Assembly (NCBI GenBank): GCA_963833575.1
Contig: CAWHXY010000003.1
Span: 1 to 63,315, forward strand
Source: Candidatus Bathyarchaeota archaeon
GTDB taxonomy: Archaea > Thermoproteota > Bathyarchaeia > Bathyarchaeales > Bathycorpusculaceae
Reading direction: 5' to 3'
Length of the DNA stretch: 63,315 nt
In this document: positions 19,683-29,449 of the stretch, piece after piece
Position numbering within the stretch: the first letter of the stretch is position 1
Layout: each line of letters begins with the position of its first letter
Position numbers and translations under genes: made by a program
Notes under the pieces: generated by a model
Told to the model about the DNA's origin: nothing
What the model saw: only the letters and a program-made list of their open reading frames with translations
Databases searched by the model: none

Positions 19683-20720
19683 GTGTTAACAAACAAATTC
19701 ACGGAGCTACGAGGAAAAACATACGAGGGTAATGCAATATCCCTTCCCGAAGCAGCAGAACTCTTAGAGCTAAAGGATGAAACACAAATATCGTCTTTAT
19801 CGGCAATCACAAGAGCCTTATCCGATAAGCAGATGGGTCGAAAAATCAATTTTTACTATACATCACGATACTTCCCCGCATTATCCGTGACAGGCCGCGA
19901 ATGTGCTTTAAGATGTAAACACTGCCAGACCAAACTCCTGCAAAACTTGACCGCTGCTCCATCTCCTGAAAAACTCGTGGAAATTTGTGAAAAACTATCA
20001 AAGAAAGGCGCTAAAGGTGTTCTAGTCACTGGGGGTTGTCTACCAAGCGGTAAGGTTCCTCTTGACAACTTTTTAGACGCCATATCCTCAATTAAGAAGA
20101 AAACTAATCTCATAGTAATCGCCCACACTGGAATTGTAGATTTTCAAGAAGCAGAAAAATTGGCGGCAACTGGATTAGATGGCGCCGCCGTAGATGTTGT
20201 TGGTTCACCCGAAACGACAAAAGCTGTCTACGGAATCGAAATAAAACCCAAAACCTACACAAGAACTCTAAAAGCTCTCGAAAAAGCCAAAATACCGATA
20301 ATATCTCCACATGTTTGCGTTGGGCTCCATTTTGGCAACCTTAAACATGAATTAACATCTCTAGAAATAATCTCCCGCATCAAACCCACAACAGTTGTAA
20401 TAACTGCGCTAATGCCGCTAAGAGATACTCCTATGGAAAAAGTAAATGTGAACCCTTACGATGTTGCCAAGGTTGTTTCAGTCTCTCGATTGATGTTTCC
20501 CAACGTTCCCATAACTTTGGGGTGTGCAAGGTCCAAAGGAGCTGACAGGGCACTTATTGAGAAACTGGCAATTCAAGCAGGTGTTACGAGCATTGCGACC
20601 CCGTCTGATTTTGCTCTCAAGCAATCGGAGTCTTTTGGGTTGACGACTGAATCCTATGCTGCGTGTTGTGCAGTTCCCCCGGCGTCTTATCTTAGACTAA
20701 CATCAACGGAGGAACCCTGA
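19683..20720 (+). CDS. lipS1: radical SAM lipoyl synthase subunit LipS1
   Basis: CALRCKHC, GCAR and C-terminal CC motifs that define Thermococcus-type LipS1. Confidence 0.88.
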   Translation: MLTNKFTELRGKTYEGNAISLPEAAELLELKDETQISSLSAITRALSDKQMGRKINFYYTSRYFPALSVTGRECALRCKHCQTKLLQNLTAAPSPEKLVEICEKLSKKGAKGVLVTGGCLPSGKVPLDNFLDAISSIKKKTNLIVIAHTGIVDFQEAEKLAATGLDGAAVDVVGSPETTKAVYGIEIKPKTYTRTLKALEKAKIPIISPHVCVGLHFGNLKHELTSLEIISRIKPTTVVITALMPLRDTPMEKVNVNPYDVAKVVSVSRLMFPNVPITLGCARSKGADRALIEKLAIQAGVTSIATPSDFALKQSESFGLTTESYAACCAVPPASYLRLTSTEEP

Positions 20721-20723
20721 GAA

Positions 20724-21752
20724 GTGACACTCAATCAACTTGTTAAAAAAATACGTGTTTCCATAGGCACTGCAGTTATTTTAGGGCTTGAAATGGCTTT
20801 TATGAATCGCGATAATGCTCCAACTACGGCGTATTTACAGACTTACTACCCCGGCAGATGTGCCGCCAACTGCAAGTTTTGTGCTCAAGCGAAAACTTCT
20901 GAAGCTAAGGTTGACAAGATCGCAAGGGGGCTGTACTTGCCGTACGATGCTGAATTGGTAATCACTCGGCTCAAAAAAGCGGCCAAACGTAAATTCATTA
21001 AACGGATATGCATCCAAACCCTGAATTATCCTAACCTCATGAACGAATTGCTCTGGGTGGTCAACAGATTGAATACCGAGGTTGCCGCGCCAATATCAGT
21101 CTCTATTTTTTCAGTTCCGGCGGAGCAGATTAAGCGTCTAAGGGACAGTGGGGTTCAAAAAATAATAATTCCTCTGGATGCAGCGAACGAAGAAATATTT
21201 GATGATATTAAAGGCGCTAAGGCTGCAGGTCCTTACAGATGGGAAAGCCACCTTAAAGCGATACACGACGCGGTCGAAATAATGGGCAAAGGCAACGTCG
21301 GCACACATTTGATGCTGGGCTTAGGCGAAACTGAGCATGAAGCAGTGGATTTATTGGCGAAACTTAACGATGAGGGCGTTTACAGTGCGCTTTTCGCTTT
21401 CACCCCTATTGCCGGCACACGGTTGGCGGGCGGTCAGCCTCCGTCAATTGAGAGTTATCGACGGATAAAATTAGCTAACTACCTAATTTACCAAAATCTA
21501 ACTCGAGCAGAAAAAATGCGATTCAACGAATCTGGCGAAATCAAAGATTTCGGAATAGCCAAAGAAGAAGTGGAGAAGACAATCGCTCACGGTGAACCTT
21601 TCCTTACATCAGGATGTCCTGACTGCAACCGGCCATTCGCGAACGAGGCTCCTGAAAAGAAGATTTACAATTTTCCTGTCCTTCCTTCAGAGGAAGAGTT
21701 GAGGGAGATAAAGAAACAGGTTAACGTTTCAAAAGGAGCCGGTGTAAAATGA
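20724..21752 (+). CDS. lipS2: radical SAM lipoyl synthase subunit LipS2
   Basis: CAANCKFC and the TSGCPDCNRP motif that defines LipS2. Confidence 0.9.
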   Translation: MTLNQLVKKIRVSIGTAVILGLEMAFMNRDNAPTTAYLQTYYPGRCAANCKFCAQAKTSEAKVDKIARGLYLPYDAELVITRLKKAAKRKFIKRICIQTLNYPNLMNELLWVVNRLNTEVAAPISVSIFSVPAEQIKRLRDSGVQKIIIPLDAANEEIFDDIKGAKAAGPYRWESHLKAIHDAVEIMGKGNVGTHLMLGLGETEHEAVDLLAKLNDEGVYSALFAFTPIAGTRLAGGQPPSIESYRRIKLANYLIYQNLTRAEKMRFNESGEIKDFGIAKEEVEKTIAHGEPFLTSGCPDCNRPFANEAPEKKIYNFPVLPSEEELREIKKQVNVSKGAGVK

Positions 21753-22729
21753 GCGAGGCGATATTTACTCCGGTTGCAGGGGCACTTGGTGTAAAAATTT
21801 ATGCTCCGAAAGAGAGTTACGTTTCCTTCTGCAGCAGTCCTTATCCAGCACATCGAACGTTTGGAGCATTGGATATTTATCCAGCTGGCGCCAAATTCAA
21901 CGACGAGGTTGCTTGCCCAGTAAACGGCATAGTCAGAGACGTGAAGAAGTACTCCTCGCCCAGTCCATTTTCCGATAAACCCCCAATCTATGAATATCTG
22001 ACCCTCATTGAATCTGCCGAGAACCCTTCAGTATACGTGAAAATTATTCATGCATGTCCAAAAGTTGGATTAGACAAAAGCGTTAGCGTCGGGGAAAAAA
22101 TTGCTGTGCTGATTCGAAGTGGGTATTATCCTTTCTGGGTAGAGCCGCATATTCATGTTGAACTCCGCGACCCTAATGATTCCTTAAGGGCTCTAGGTTC
22201 TCATCGCCTTTCTGTTCTAAATGAATCAGACAACAAGAGCCCTGTTGCACCAAAGACCCAAGTTGAAGAACCCTTGACAGGCATCGTAACAAAGGTGGGG
22301 CCTCGTTACGCGACTATCCGACCAAGTCCTGAACATTGGGCAACCATGGGCAATTTCTCGGGTTTACGAGCAAGAGCCGACGAGGCTTTTGGGCTTCTTG
22401 ACGGGGGAATTCCCTTCCTAGGTTACGGAGCTTTAGTAACTAATGAGAAAATGAACATTGGCACCCCAGTGTACCTAAACCATACACAAATAGGGATTGT
22501 AAATGAAAGCTTTAATGGATTAACTAAGATGGAAATTACTCCTTTCAAAACAACTGTTAACGATTTCGAATATCAGGGAATTTCCAGCAGGCTATGTTTG
22601 GGCAGTGTCTGCGAAATCAAGCTCATCCCGTTGAAGGTCGGTCAAATCAAACTTGAAGTTGGTCAAACCATAAGTATTAACAAGAGTGAAAAGCATGAAC
22701 GAAAAAAATCTAAAACAGGTAAGAGATGA
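21749..22729 (+). CDS. M23/LytM-like putative zinc hydrolase, no signal peptide
   Basis: H..FGALDI, IIH and PHIHVELR motifs; ATGA overlaps with lipS2 and gcvH. Confidence 0.55.
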   Translation: MSEAIFTPVAGALGVKIYAPKESYVSFCSSPYPAHRTFGALDIYPAGAKFNDEVACPVNGIVRDVKKYSSPSPFSDKPPIYEYLTLIESAENPSVYVKIIHACPKVGLDKSVSVGEKIAVLIRSGYYPFWVEPHIHVELRDPNDSLRALGSHRLSVLNESDNKSPVAPKTQVEEPLTGIVTKVGPRYATIRPSPEHWATMGNFSGLRARADEAFGLLDGGIPFLGYGALVTNEKMNIGTPVYLNHTQIGIVNESFNGLTKMEITPFKTTVNDFEYQGISSRLCLGSVCEIKLIPLKVGQIKLEVGQTISINKSEKHERKKSKTGKR

Positions 22730-23181
22730 AATATATGGTTAAAGTTGAAGGCTTCAATTTCCCCTCCAACCTATACTACAGCAAGGATCATTTGTGGATA
22801 GACCTAACGGGAAGTGAGGCAAAAGTTGGCTTTACAAGTCTTGGAGAGGCTCTCTGCAAAGAAATCGTGCATGTCGATTTGCCGCTTGAAGGGGATCAAA
22901 GGAAACAGGGAGAAGAAATAGGTTCTTTCGAAACAATAAAGGCAGTGTTTAGGATTCATGCTCCTTTGAGTGGGAAAGTTACTAAGACAAATAATGCACT
23001 CTACAAGCAACCGGACATGATTAACGAGGAGCCATATGGCAAAGGCTGGTTATTTGTGATTGCCGTGAAAGACCCAAAGCTTGAACTGAAAGAACTTATG
23101 GACTCTAAGAAGGCGGCTAAATACTACAAGGCTATAATTGACGAGGAAAAAGAGAAATTCGGCGATTATGACGAACCATGA
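22726..23181 (+). CDS. gcvH: GcvH-like lipoyl carrier protein (more canonical type)
   Basis: YYSKDHLW, FETIKAV..APLSG, INEEPYGKGW. Confidence 0.9.
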   Translation: MKYMVKVEGFNFPSNLYYSKDHLWIDLTGSEAKVGFTSLGEALCKEIVHVDLPLEGDQRKQGEEIGSFETIKAVFRIHAPLSGKVTKTNNALYKQPDMINEEPYGKGWLFVIAVKDPKLELKELMDSKKAAKYYKAIIDEEKEKFGDYDEP

Positions 23182-23216
23182 TCCCTTAATGCTTTGACCT
23201 GGGAGTTCACTGATCT

Positions 23217-24230
23217 TTGACAAAACAAGACTTAAGCCAAATACATGACAAAGCGCATAAAGGCACGCCAATTAATGGCGATGAAGCCCAACTTCTAATG
23301 TCGATTTGCAACGATCAACTCCCCGAATTATTATCTGCATCAAGACATGTTTCGGACAAAAAAACTGGGAAGACCCTTACTGTTTATCATAAGGCATTCC
23401 AGCCGATATCTATTACGGGTCGAATCTGCAGTCTAAACTGTAAACACTGCAGTCAACATTACTTGAGGCACATGCTTCCTGCGAGTGATCCTGAAAAACT
23501 TCTTCGAGTCTGCAAAAAATTGAGTGCAAACCATGCTCCAGGCGTGCTTCTGAGCGGAGGAAGCAGAAAAGACGGGACTATTCCATTGGATCAATTTGCA
23601 GACACAATACGCAAAATCAAGCGAGAAACAGGCTTAATTATCTCTGCTCATACAGGTCCAGTAAATTATGAAAAAGCAAAGATACTCGTTGAGGCTGGCT
23701 TAGACATTGCCTTGCTCGACGTTGTTGGATCTGCTGAAACCACTAGAAATATTTATGGCGTTGAAATTACTCCGGATGACTACTCAAAAACTCTATCAGC
23801 ACTGAATGCTGCAGGAATTCCAAATATTTCTCCCCATATTTGTGTCGGACTTCACTTTGGACAATTAAAAGGAGAAGCCAAAGCTCTTGAAATAGTTTCA
23901 CATGCCAAAGTATCTACAATCGCCATCGTGGTTCTTATTCCAACCAAAGAGACAGCAATGGCGAATATTCTTCCCTCTTCCCCTGAGGACGTGGCAAAAG
24001 TTATTTCGATTGCCAATTTGATGTTTCCAAACACTCACGTCTCTCTGGGATGTGTGCGACCTGGAAAAAACTATCGAGAAAAGATAGACGAGATGGCTAT
24101 CAAAGCTGGAATTGGCAAATTGGCAATTCCTACAGAAAATTCACTTAGAATAGCGAGAAATCTGGGACTCAACATCAAATCATACAACGATATAATGTGT
24201 TGTTCGGTGGACGAGTCACAACTAAAATAA
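23217..24230 (+). CDS. lipS1: second LipS1-like radical SAM protein
   Basis: CSLNCKHC, SPHICVGLHFG, GCVR and MCC; paralog of 19683..20720. Confidence 0.85.
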   Translation: MTKQDLSQIHDKAHKGTPINGDEAQLLMSICNDQLPELLSASRHVSDKKTGKTLTVYHKAFQPISITGRICSLNCKHCSQHYLRHMLPASDPEKLLRVCKKLSANHAPGVLLSGGSRKDGTIPLDQFADTIRKIKRETGLIISAHTGPVNYEKAKILVEAGLDIALLDVVGSAETTRNIYGVEITPDDYSKTLSALNAAGIPNISPHICVGLHFGQLKGEAKALEIVSHAKVSTIAIVVLIPTKETAMANILPSSPEDVAKVISIANLMFPNTHVSLGCVRPGKNYREKIDEMAIKAGIGKLAIPTENSLRIARNLGLNIKSYNDIMCCSVDESQLK

Positions 24231-24275
24231 ACTACGTGTCTGAGCGATATGGCTGGAGTATGTTTCAACATGTTT

Positions 24276-24306
24276 GTCGCTTTTGCAACTTACTATACTC
24301 TATTAA
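24276..24306 (+). promoter_or_regulatory. operator GTCGC-TTTT-GCAAC + TATTAA
   Basis: 20-mer tgtttgtcgcttttgcaact identical to 26801-26820; 11-nt spacing. Confidence 0.78.
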
Positions 24307-24435
24307 CTCTAAAGGCAATGGGAAAATGAAAATACGATGTTTAGGAGCAACCTCAAGTTTCAGTCAAGCAATAATGAAAGAATGTTAAATGCCGCAAAAA
24401 TTAGACTGCGCAACGATTACTGAGTACAGTTGTGA

Positions 24436-25506
24436 TTGAGTGTGAAATCATTGGATAAATGGAGATTTGTTGATTTAGACATCATAGAGCTTCCTTTTCT
24501 TCATGCCATCGAAGAGGCTATTGCTGAAAAAAAGGTCAAGAATACCCTATTACTTTGGAGGGTAGACAAGCCGTATCTTACATTAGGATACTTCCAGAAC
24601 GTCTATGAAGAAGTAGATGTTCAAGCCGCCAAGGAACTTGGGGTTCAAATTATACGGCGAATGGGTGGCGGTGGAACAGGCTATCTCACACCGAACGTTT
24701 TGGCCTATTCAATAATTGCAGACGAAAGGAGCAAATCAATGCCCAAAAATGTTGAGGAAACCTACAAAGTAATCTGCAACGGTGTTACCCTCGGTCTTAA
24801 GGAATTGGGGCTAGATGCAACTTTTGTCCCAATCAACGACGTTTTAATTGGAGGGAAAAAGTTCTCTGGCAGTTCTCAGCACAGGAGTTTTGGAACGATA
24901 ATTCAACATGGCTTCATCACCACCGAAATAGATCTTCCAACATTGGCTTTGTTGATAAAGGCTCCCAAAGAGAAACTTCAAGACAAAGGCGTAACAAAGA
25001 TCGAAGATCGAATTACTTGGATAAATAAAGAGACTTTGAAATCGGGCAAGGATCCGTTTAGTTTGGACCAGATAAAGAAGGCTATTCGAACAGGATTTGA
25101 AAAAGCGTTGAATATCACACTTCTCGAAGGGGATTTGACAGATAGAGAACTCGAACCCACAGTCTTTGATGAAAGGTTCGAGCAAGATACATGGAACATT
25201 AACCCACGTTTGTTCAAACGTGTCAACGCAACACACATTCACAAAGCCAAAAAAGGAGTAATCAGAATAAACGCTTACATTGCTGACAACAGGATAATAG
25301 AGATAATGATAACAGGTGACTATCTAATGCATCCTGTAGAAGCAATAGTCGCCCTTGAAGCCATGCTCAGAGGAGTCAGAGCTGATGAGACATCAGTTCG
25401 TCAAGCTGTAACCTCCTTCTACTCTAAGGGAAATGTTACAACCCCTGGCGCTTCACCAGAAGATTTCATAACAGCAATAGTCAAAGCAATAGGCAAGGTA
25501 GCTTAA
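24436..25506 (+). CDS. lplA: lipoate-protein ligase with C-terminal accessory domain (LplAB)
   Basis: RRMGGGGTGY, INDV..GGKKFSG, QHG; C-terminal HKAKKGVIR...ITGDYLMHP. Confidence 0.92.
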   Translation: MSVKSLDKWRFVDLDIIELPFLHAIEEAIAEKKVKNTLLLWRVDKPYLTLGYFQNVYEEVDVQAAKELGVQIIRRMGGGGTGYLTPNVLAYSIIADERSKSMPKNVEETYKVICNGVTLGLKELGLDATFVPINDVLIGGKKFSGSSQHRSFGTIIQHGFITTEIDLPTLALLIKAPKEKLQDKGVTKIEDRITWINKETLKSGKDPFSLDQIKKAIRTGFEKALNITLLEGDLTDRELEPTVFDERFEQDTWNINPRLFKRVNATHIHKAKKGVIRINAYIADNRIIEIMITGDYLMHPVEAIVALEAMLRGVRADETSVRQAVTSFYSKGNVTTPGASPEDFITAIVKAIGKVA

Positions 25507-25508
25507 AA

Positions 25509-26201
25509 TTGTCAACTAAAACAAATCAGACTGACAATAGAAAAACAAAAAGTGGTCGTCACGCCGATTTGACATCTGCCAAATGCACTGAAAGAGTCTG
25601 TTCTATTGTAAAGGAATGCAAGGGTGTTTGTTCAATTTTACAAGAGCTCGATGATTCCCAACGAAAGAAAGTACTTGAGTTGGAAACTGCTGAAGAAAGT
25701 AAACTTGTGCAATTCGGCGCAGGCATCGAAAATCAAGGCGTAAAGGAAGTCTTAACAAGAGATGTCGTTCTTCTAATAACTAACGACGAGACTTTTGAGT
25801 ACAGAGACCCGACAATACTCCTTAAGGCCAACGACGAAATCGTCGGCGAAGAAATATCTGACCCAGCAAAACTGGAAGAGATTAGGGGAAAACCAGGCTA
25901 CTTCTTAACTGGTAAGAGCTCACGCCCATTCGTAATCTACACATATAAACTAAGAGGTAAGAGAGGTGTACCGGTGAAGTTCACAACGCTTCCTTTCTCG
26001 CTTCCACATGATGGATTTAAAAAGGGGTTGGAAAACACCGATGGGATTAAAGACTTGATTTGCGGTTGGCCCTCCCGGTCAGTTGATCAGTATCTTAAAA
26101 AAACGTTTAACCTCCCCATGGAAGACATCCAACTTGGAACCTTGTTAGTTGGGTTTAACTTAACGGCAAGTCCTAAAAAGAGCGAAAAGCAAGCGCAGTG
26201 A
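25509..26201 (+). CDS. hypothetical protein in the lplAB operon
   Basis: 230-aa ORF 2 nt after the lplAB stop. Confidence 0.75.
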   Translation: MSTKTNQTDNRKTKSGRHADLTSAKCTERVCSIVKECKGVCSILQELDDSQRKKVLELETAEESKLVQFGAGIENQGVKEVLTRDVVLLITNDETFEYRDPTILLKANDEIVGEEISDPAKLEEIRGKPGYFLTGKSSRPFVIYTYKLRGKRGVPVKFTTLPFSLPHDGFKKGLENTDGIKDLICGWPSRSVDQYLKKTFNLPMEDIQLGTLLVGFNLTASPKKSEKQAQ

Positions 26202-26214
26202 CAGGAGCCTTTCA

Positions 26215-26523
26215 ATGGTAACAAAAATCAGGATTAATCCGGGTAATTGCATGATGAAAGCAGTAGTAACAGTTCAAAAAAAGTCCAACGAAAGACAGAA
26301 TCCTGGGATGGAAGTTGATGTTTGCCTTGTGAGCGAATGCAAAAATCTGGATGTTTTCAAAGTGAAATTTAAGACCATAAGTATGCGCACTTATCCAGAT
26401 ATCATGAAAGAGACCATTCTTCACTGTATTTGTCCTGTCCCACTGGGCGTTGTAAAAGCTTGTGAGATGGAAATGGGGATTGGATTGAAGAAAGACATTA
26501 CCTATGAAGTAATAAGAGAGTAA
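26215..26523 (+). CDS. small Cys/His protein (DUF6951-like)
   Basis: PGNC...SEC..L...HCICPVP.G..KACE; paralog at 43689..44018. Confidence 0.75.
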   Translation: MVTKIRINPGNCMMKAVVTVQKKSNERQNPGMEVDVCLVSECKNLDVFKVKFKTISMRTYPDIMKETILHCICPVPLGVVKACEMEMGIGLKKDITYEVIRE

Positions 26524-26805
26524 AAATTTTCTTGAAATCCTTGAGTTAGTAGGAGACTTTAGTCTAGGCTTGTTCTCCTGCATTTCAAGATCGGTTCCAA
26601 CTAATTTCGTCACTGGACCCTAATCTTGGCTGGAATTTTGACTTCGGCATTCATATTTGCTCGTTTTGTAGAAACTTGTTTCATTTTTGAAGAAAAACAC
26701 GAAACTGATTTATAATCTTGGGACTCAAAAATCCAGAGGTTGCTCTCGGCTTTTCAAGAATTTTCAGCAAAACTTGGCTGCCAGCGGACTTTGGGTTCAG
26801 TGTTT

Positions 26806-26836
26806 GTCGCTTTTGCAACTAACCAGAGTCTATAAG
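26806..26836 (+). promoter_or_regulatory. operator GTCGC-TTTT-GCAAC + TATAAG, hdr/mvh operon
   Basis: 11 nt before TATAAG (26831). Confidence 0.8.
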
Positions 26837-26901
26837 CACTAAGAGCAATTCACATCTTGGAAAGAGCCACGTTCGAGAGGGCAAAGGTTAGAGTGAATAT
26901 A

Positions 26902-28926
26902 ATGACTGAGAAACCAAGAATAGGTGTCTACATTTGTCACTGTGGTTTGAACATTGCTGCTACAGTGGACGCGAAAGCAGTAGCCGAGTTTGCAAAAACT
27001 CTTCCGGATGTTATAGTATCTAAGGACTATAAGTACACATGTTCTGATCCTGGTCAAGAAATGATCAAAAAAGACGTAAAAGAACAAAAGCTCAACAGAG
27101 TAATAGTTGCTGCATGCTCGCCTCGAATGCATGAACCAACATATAGAAAATTAATGGAGCAGGCGGGGCTTAATCCATACCTTTTCGAAATGGTCAACAT
27201 AAGAGAGCAATCCTCGTGGGTTCACATGAAGGAACCAGCCAAGGCCACTCAAAAAGCCAAAGAATTGGTAAGCATGGCAGTTGCTAGAAGTCGGCTTCTA
27301 GAGCCCTTGGAAGTAAAAGAGATTCCCGCACTCAAATCAGTATTGATCATCGGTGGGGGTATAGCCGGTATTCAGTCAGCTCTTGACCTTGCAGAACAAG
27401 ATTACAAAGTATGTCTGGTCGAAAGACAGCCTACAATTGGTGGGCATATGGCTCAACTCGACAAAACCTTCCCAACCATGGATTGTTCGATTTGTATTTT
27501 TGCGCCGAAAATGGTGGATGTAGCCAAGAATCCAAATGTTACTCTTCTAACAAACAGCGAGGTTCAAGAGGTTTCAGGCGTTGCAGGAAACTTTCACGTA
27601 AAGGTACTGAAAAAGGCAAGATTCGTTAACGAGAAGAAATGTGTCGGTTGCGGAGTTTGTGCATCAAAATGTCCAGTCAAAACACCTAACGAGTTTGACA
27701 TGAATCTTGGAATGCGCAAAGCAGTCTACATACCGTTTCCTCAAGGAGTACCTGCAATTTACACAATTGACAAAGAACACTGTTTATATTTCACCAAAGG
27801 CGTCTGCAAAATCTGCGAAAAATTCTGCGAAGCCAAAGCAATTGACTATGAACAAAAAGACCAAATCGTCGAACTAGATGTAGGCGCTGTCATCGTTGCC
27901 ACAGGTTTTGAACCCTTCGACCCATCCACGCTAAAAGAGTTCCAATACGGAAAATACAAAAATGTTGTCACAAGCTTGGATTTCGAAAGATTGATCAGTG
28001 CATTTGGTCCGCAAGAAGGCAAACTTGTGCGTCCTTCCGATGGCAAAGAACCACACCGGATTGCTTTCATTCAATGCGTTGGCTCAAGAGATGAAAGAAC
28101 AGGAAATCTCTACTGCTCAAACATCTGTTGCATGAGCGCCATTAAACAAGCTGTTTTGATAAAGGAAAAGCACCCCGAATTTGAAGTTTATATTTTCTAT
28201 AATGATATTCGAGCTTTCGGAAAAGGATTTGAAGAATTCTACCAACGCGCGCGTGACCTTTGGGTTACCTTCGTGAAAGGAATCCCGGCTGAACTAACCG
28301 AAGATCCTGAAACGAAGAACTTGACCGTGAGAGTGGTGGATCTTGTTTTGGGAAAAATGGTGGAAGTAGACCTTGACATGGTAATTTTGTCTATAGGGAT
28401 GATTCCGCCAAAAGGAATTGCAGACCTGACACGCATTCTAAGAATTCCACGGGGCGCAGATGGGTTCCTGTTGGAGACTCATCCGAAGCTTAGACCTGTT
28501 GACACGCCCACAATGGGTGTATTTCTCGCTGGTGCCTGTCAAGGACCGAAGGATATACCTGCTAGTGTCGCGCAGGCGAAAGCAGCCGCCTCAGGCGTTG
28601 CATCATTACTATCAAAAGGAAAAATTAGAACTGAGTCTTCAATTGCAGTAGTGAATGAAGATTTTTGTAGCGGTTGTCGAGTTTGCGTTCCACTATGCAA
28701 GTACGATGCGATAAAAATGGAGGAGAAGAAAGGCAAGCAAGTGGCATCGGTATCTGAGGTAACCTGCATGGGCTGTGGTGTATGTGCTTCAGCGTGTCCA
28801 ACAAAATCGATATCCCTGCGGCATTTCACGGATCAACAAATATTGGCTCAGATAAAGGCATTGACACCGGAAGCATGCAATTGCACGGGTAGAACAGAAA
28901 CAATAAAGATTCAGGAGAAAACATAA
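26902..28926 (+). CDS. hdrA: heterodisulfide reductase subunit A (flavin-bifurcating)
   Basis: GVYICHCG, ACSPRMHE, GGGIAG, LDKTFPTMDCS, QCVGSRD..YCS..CC and ferredoxin motifs. Confidence 0.97.
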   Translation: MTEKPRIGVYICHCGLNIAATVDAKAVAEFAKTLPDVIVSKDYKYTCSDPGQEMIKKDVKEQKLNRVIVAACSPRMHEPTYRKLMEQAGLNPYLFEMVNIREQSSWVHMKEPAKATQKAKELVSMAVARSRLLEPLEVKEIPALKSVLIIGGGIAGIQSALDLAEQDYKVCLVERQPTIGGHMAQLDKTFPTMDCSICIFAPKMVDVAKNPNVTLLTNSEVQEVSGVAGNFHVKVLKKARFVNEKKCVGCGVCASKCPVKTPNEFDMNLGMRKAVYIPFPQGVPAIYTIDKEHCLYFTKGVCKICEKFCEAKAIDYEQKDQIVELDVGAVIVATGFEPFDPSTLKEFQYGKYKNVVTSLDFERLISAFGPQEGKLVRPSDGKEPHRIAFIQCVGSRDERTGNLYCSNICCMSAIKQAVLIKEKHPEFEVYIFYNDIRAFGKGFEEFYQRARDLWVTFVKGIPAELTEDPETKNLTVRVVDLVLGKMVEVDLDMVILSIGMIPPKGIADLTRILRIPRGADGFLLETHPKLRPVDTPTMGVFLAGACQGPKDIPASVAQAKAAASGVASLLSKGKIRTESSIAVVNEDFCSGCRVCVPLCKYDAIKMEEKKGKQVASVSEVTCMGCGVCASACPTKSISLRHFTDQQILAQIKALTPEACNCTGRTETIKIQEKT

Positions 28927-28928
28927 TC

Positions 28929-29441
28929 ATGCAATCAGTTGAGAATAGTTTTAAACTCGATCCATCGTTCAAGTACGAAGTTTCGGCGAGATCAGGCGGG
29001 GAAACGGTACGGCAGTGTTTTCAATGCGGGAAATGCGAAGCCACCTGCCCTATAGAACGCTTCAAGAATCAATATCGTCCAGCCCAAGTGATCAGAGCCG
29101 TTATGTTAGGTCTTCGCGAATTTGCACTGGATAGTCCTACGATTTGGCTATGTGCAACGTGCTATTCCTGCAGTGAGCGCTGCCCACAAGGAGTGCATTT
29201 TACCGACATAATGCGGGTTCTTCGGAACATGGCTGTTGAGCATGGGAAAACTAATCCATATTACAAGAAAGTCGCTGAAGCCATCGTTCAATACGGAAAA
29301 ACTTTCGATTCGCCAGACTTCATTAATGAAATGCGCGGAGACTTGGGTCTTCCTCCTGTCACATCCTTAGATAGGCAGGAGATCGCGAAAATCATAGACG
29401 AAGTAAAGGCTATGAAATCCAAGGAAAATCAAAACAAATAG
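28929..29441 (+). CDS. hdrC: heterodisulfide reductase subunit C
   Basis: CFQCGKCEATCP and WLCATCYSCSERCPQGV. Confidence 0.95.
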   Translation: MQSVENSFKLDPSFKYEVSARSGGETVRQCFQCGKCEATCPIERFKNQYRPAQVIRAVMLGLREFALDSPTIWLCATCYSCSERCPQGVHFTDIMRVLRNMAVEHGKTNPYYKKVAEAIVQYGKTFDSPDFINEMRGDLGLPPVTSLDRQEIAKIIDEVKAMKSKENQNK

Positions 29442-29449
29442 GTGATATT

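Noticed and set aside
8836-23181. Ordinary glycine cleavage system
   Set aside because: Only H-type proteins are present, with no GcvP, T or L in the window; such genes could still be elsewhere in the genome.
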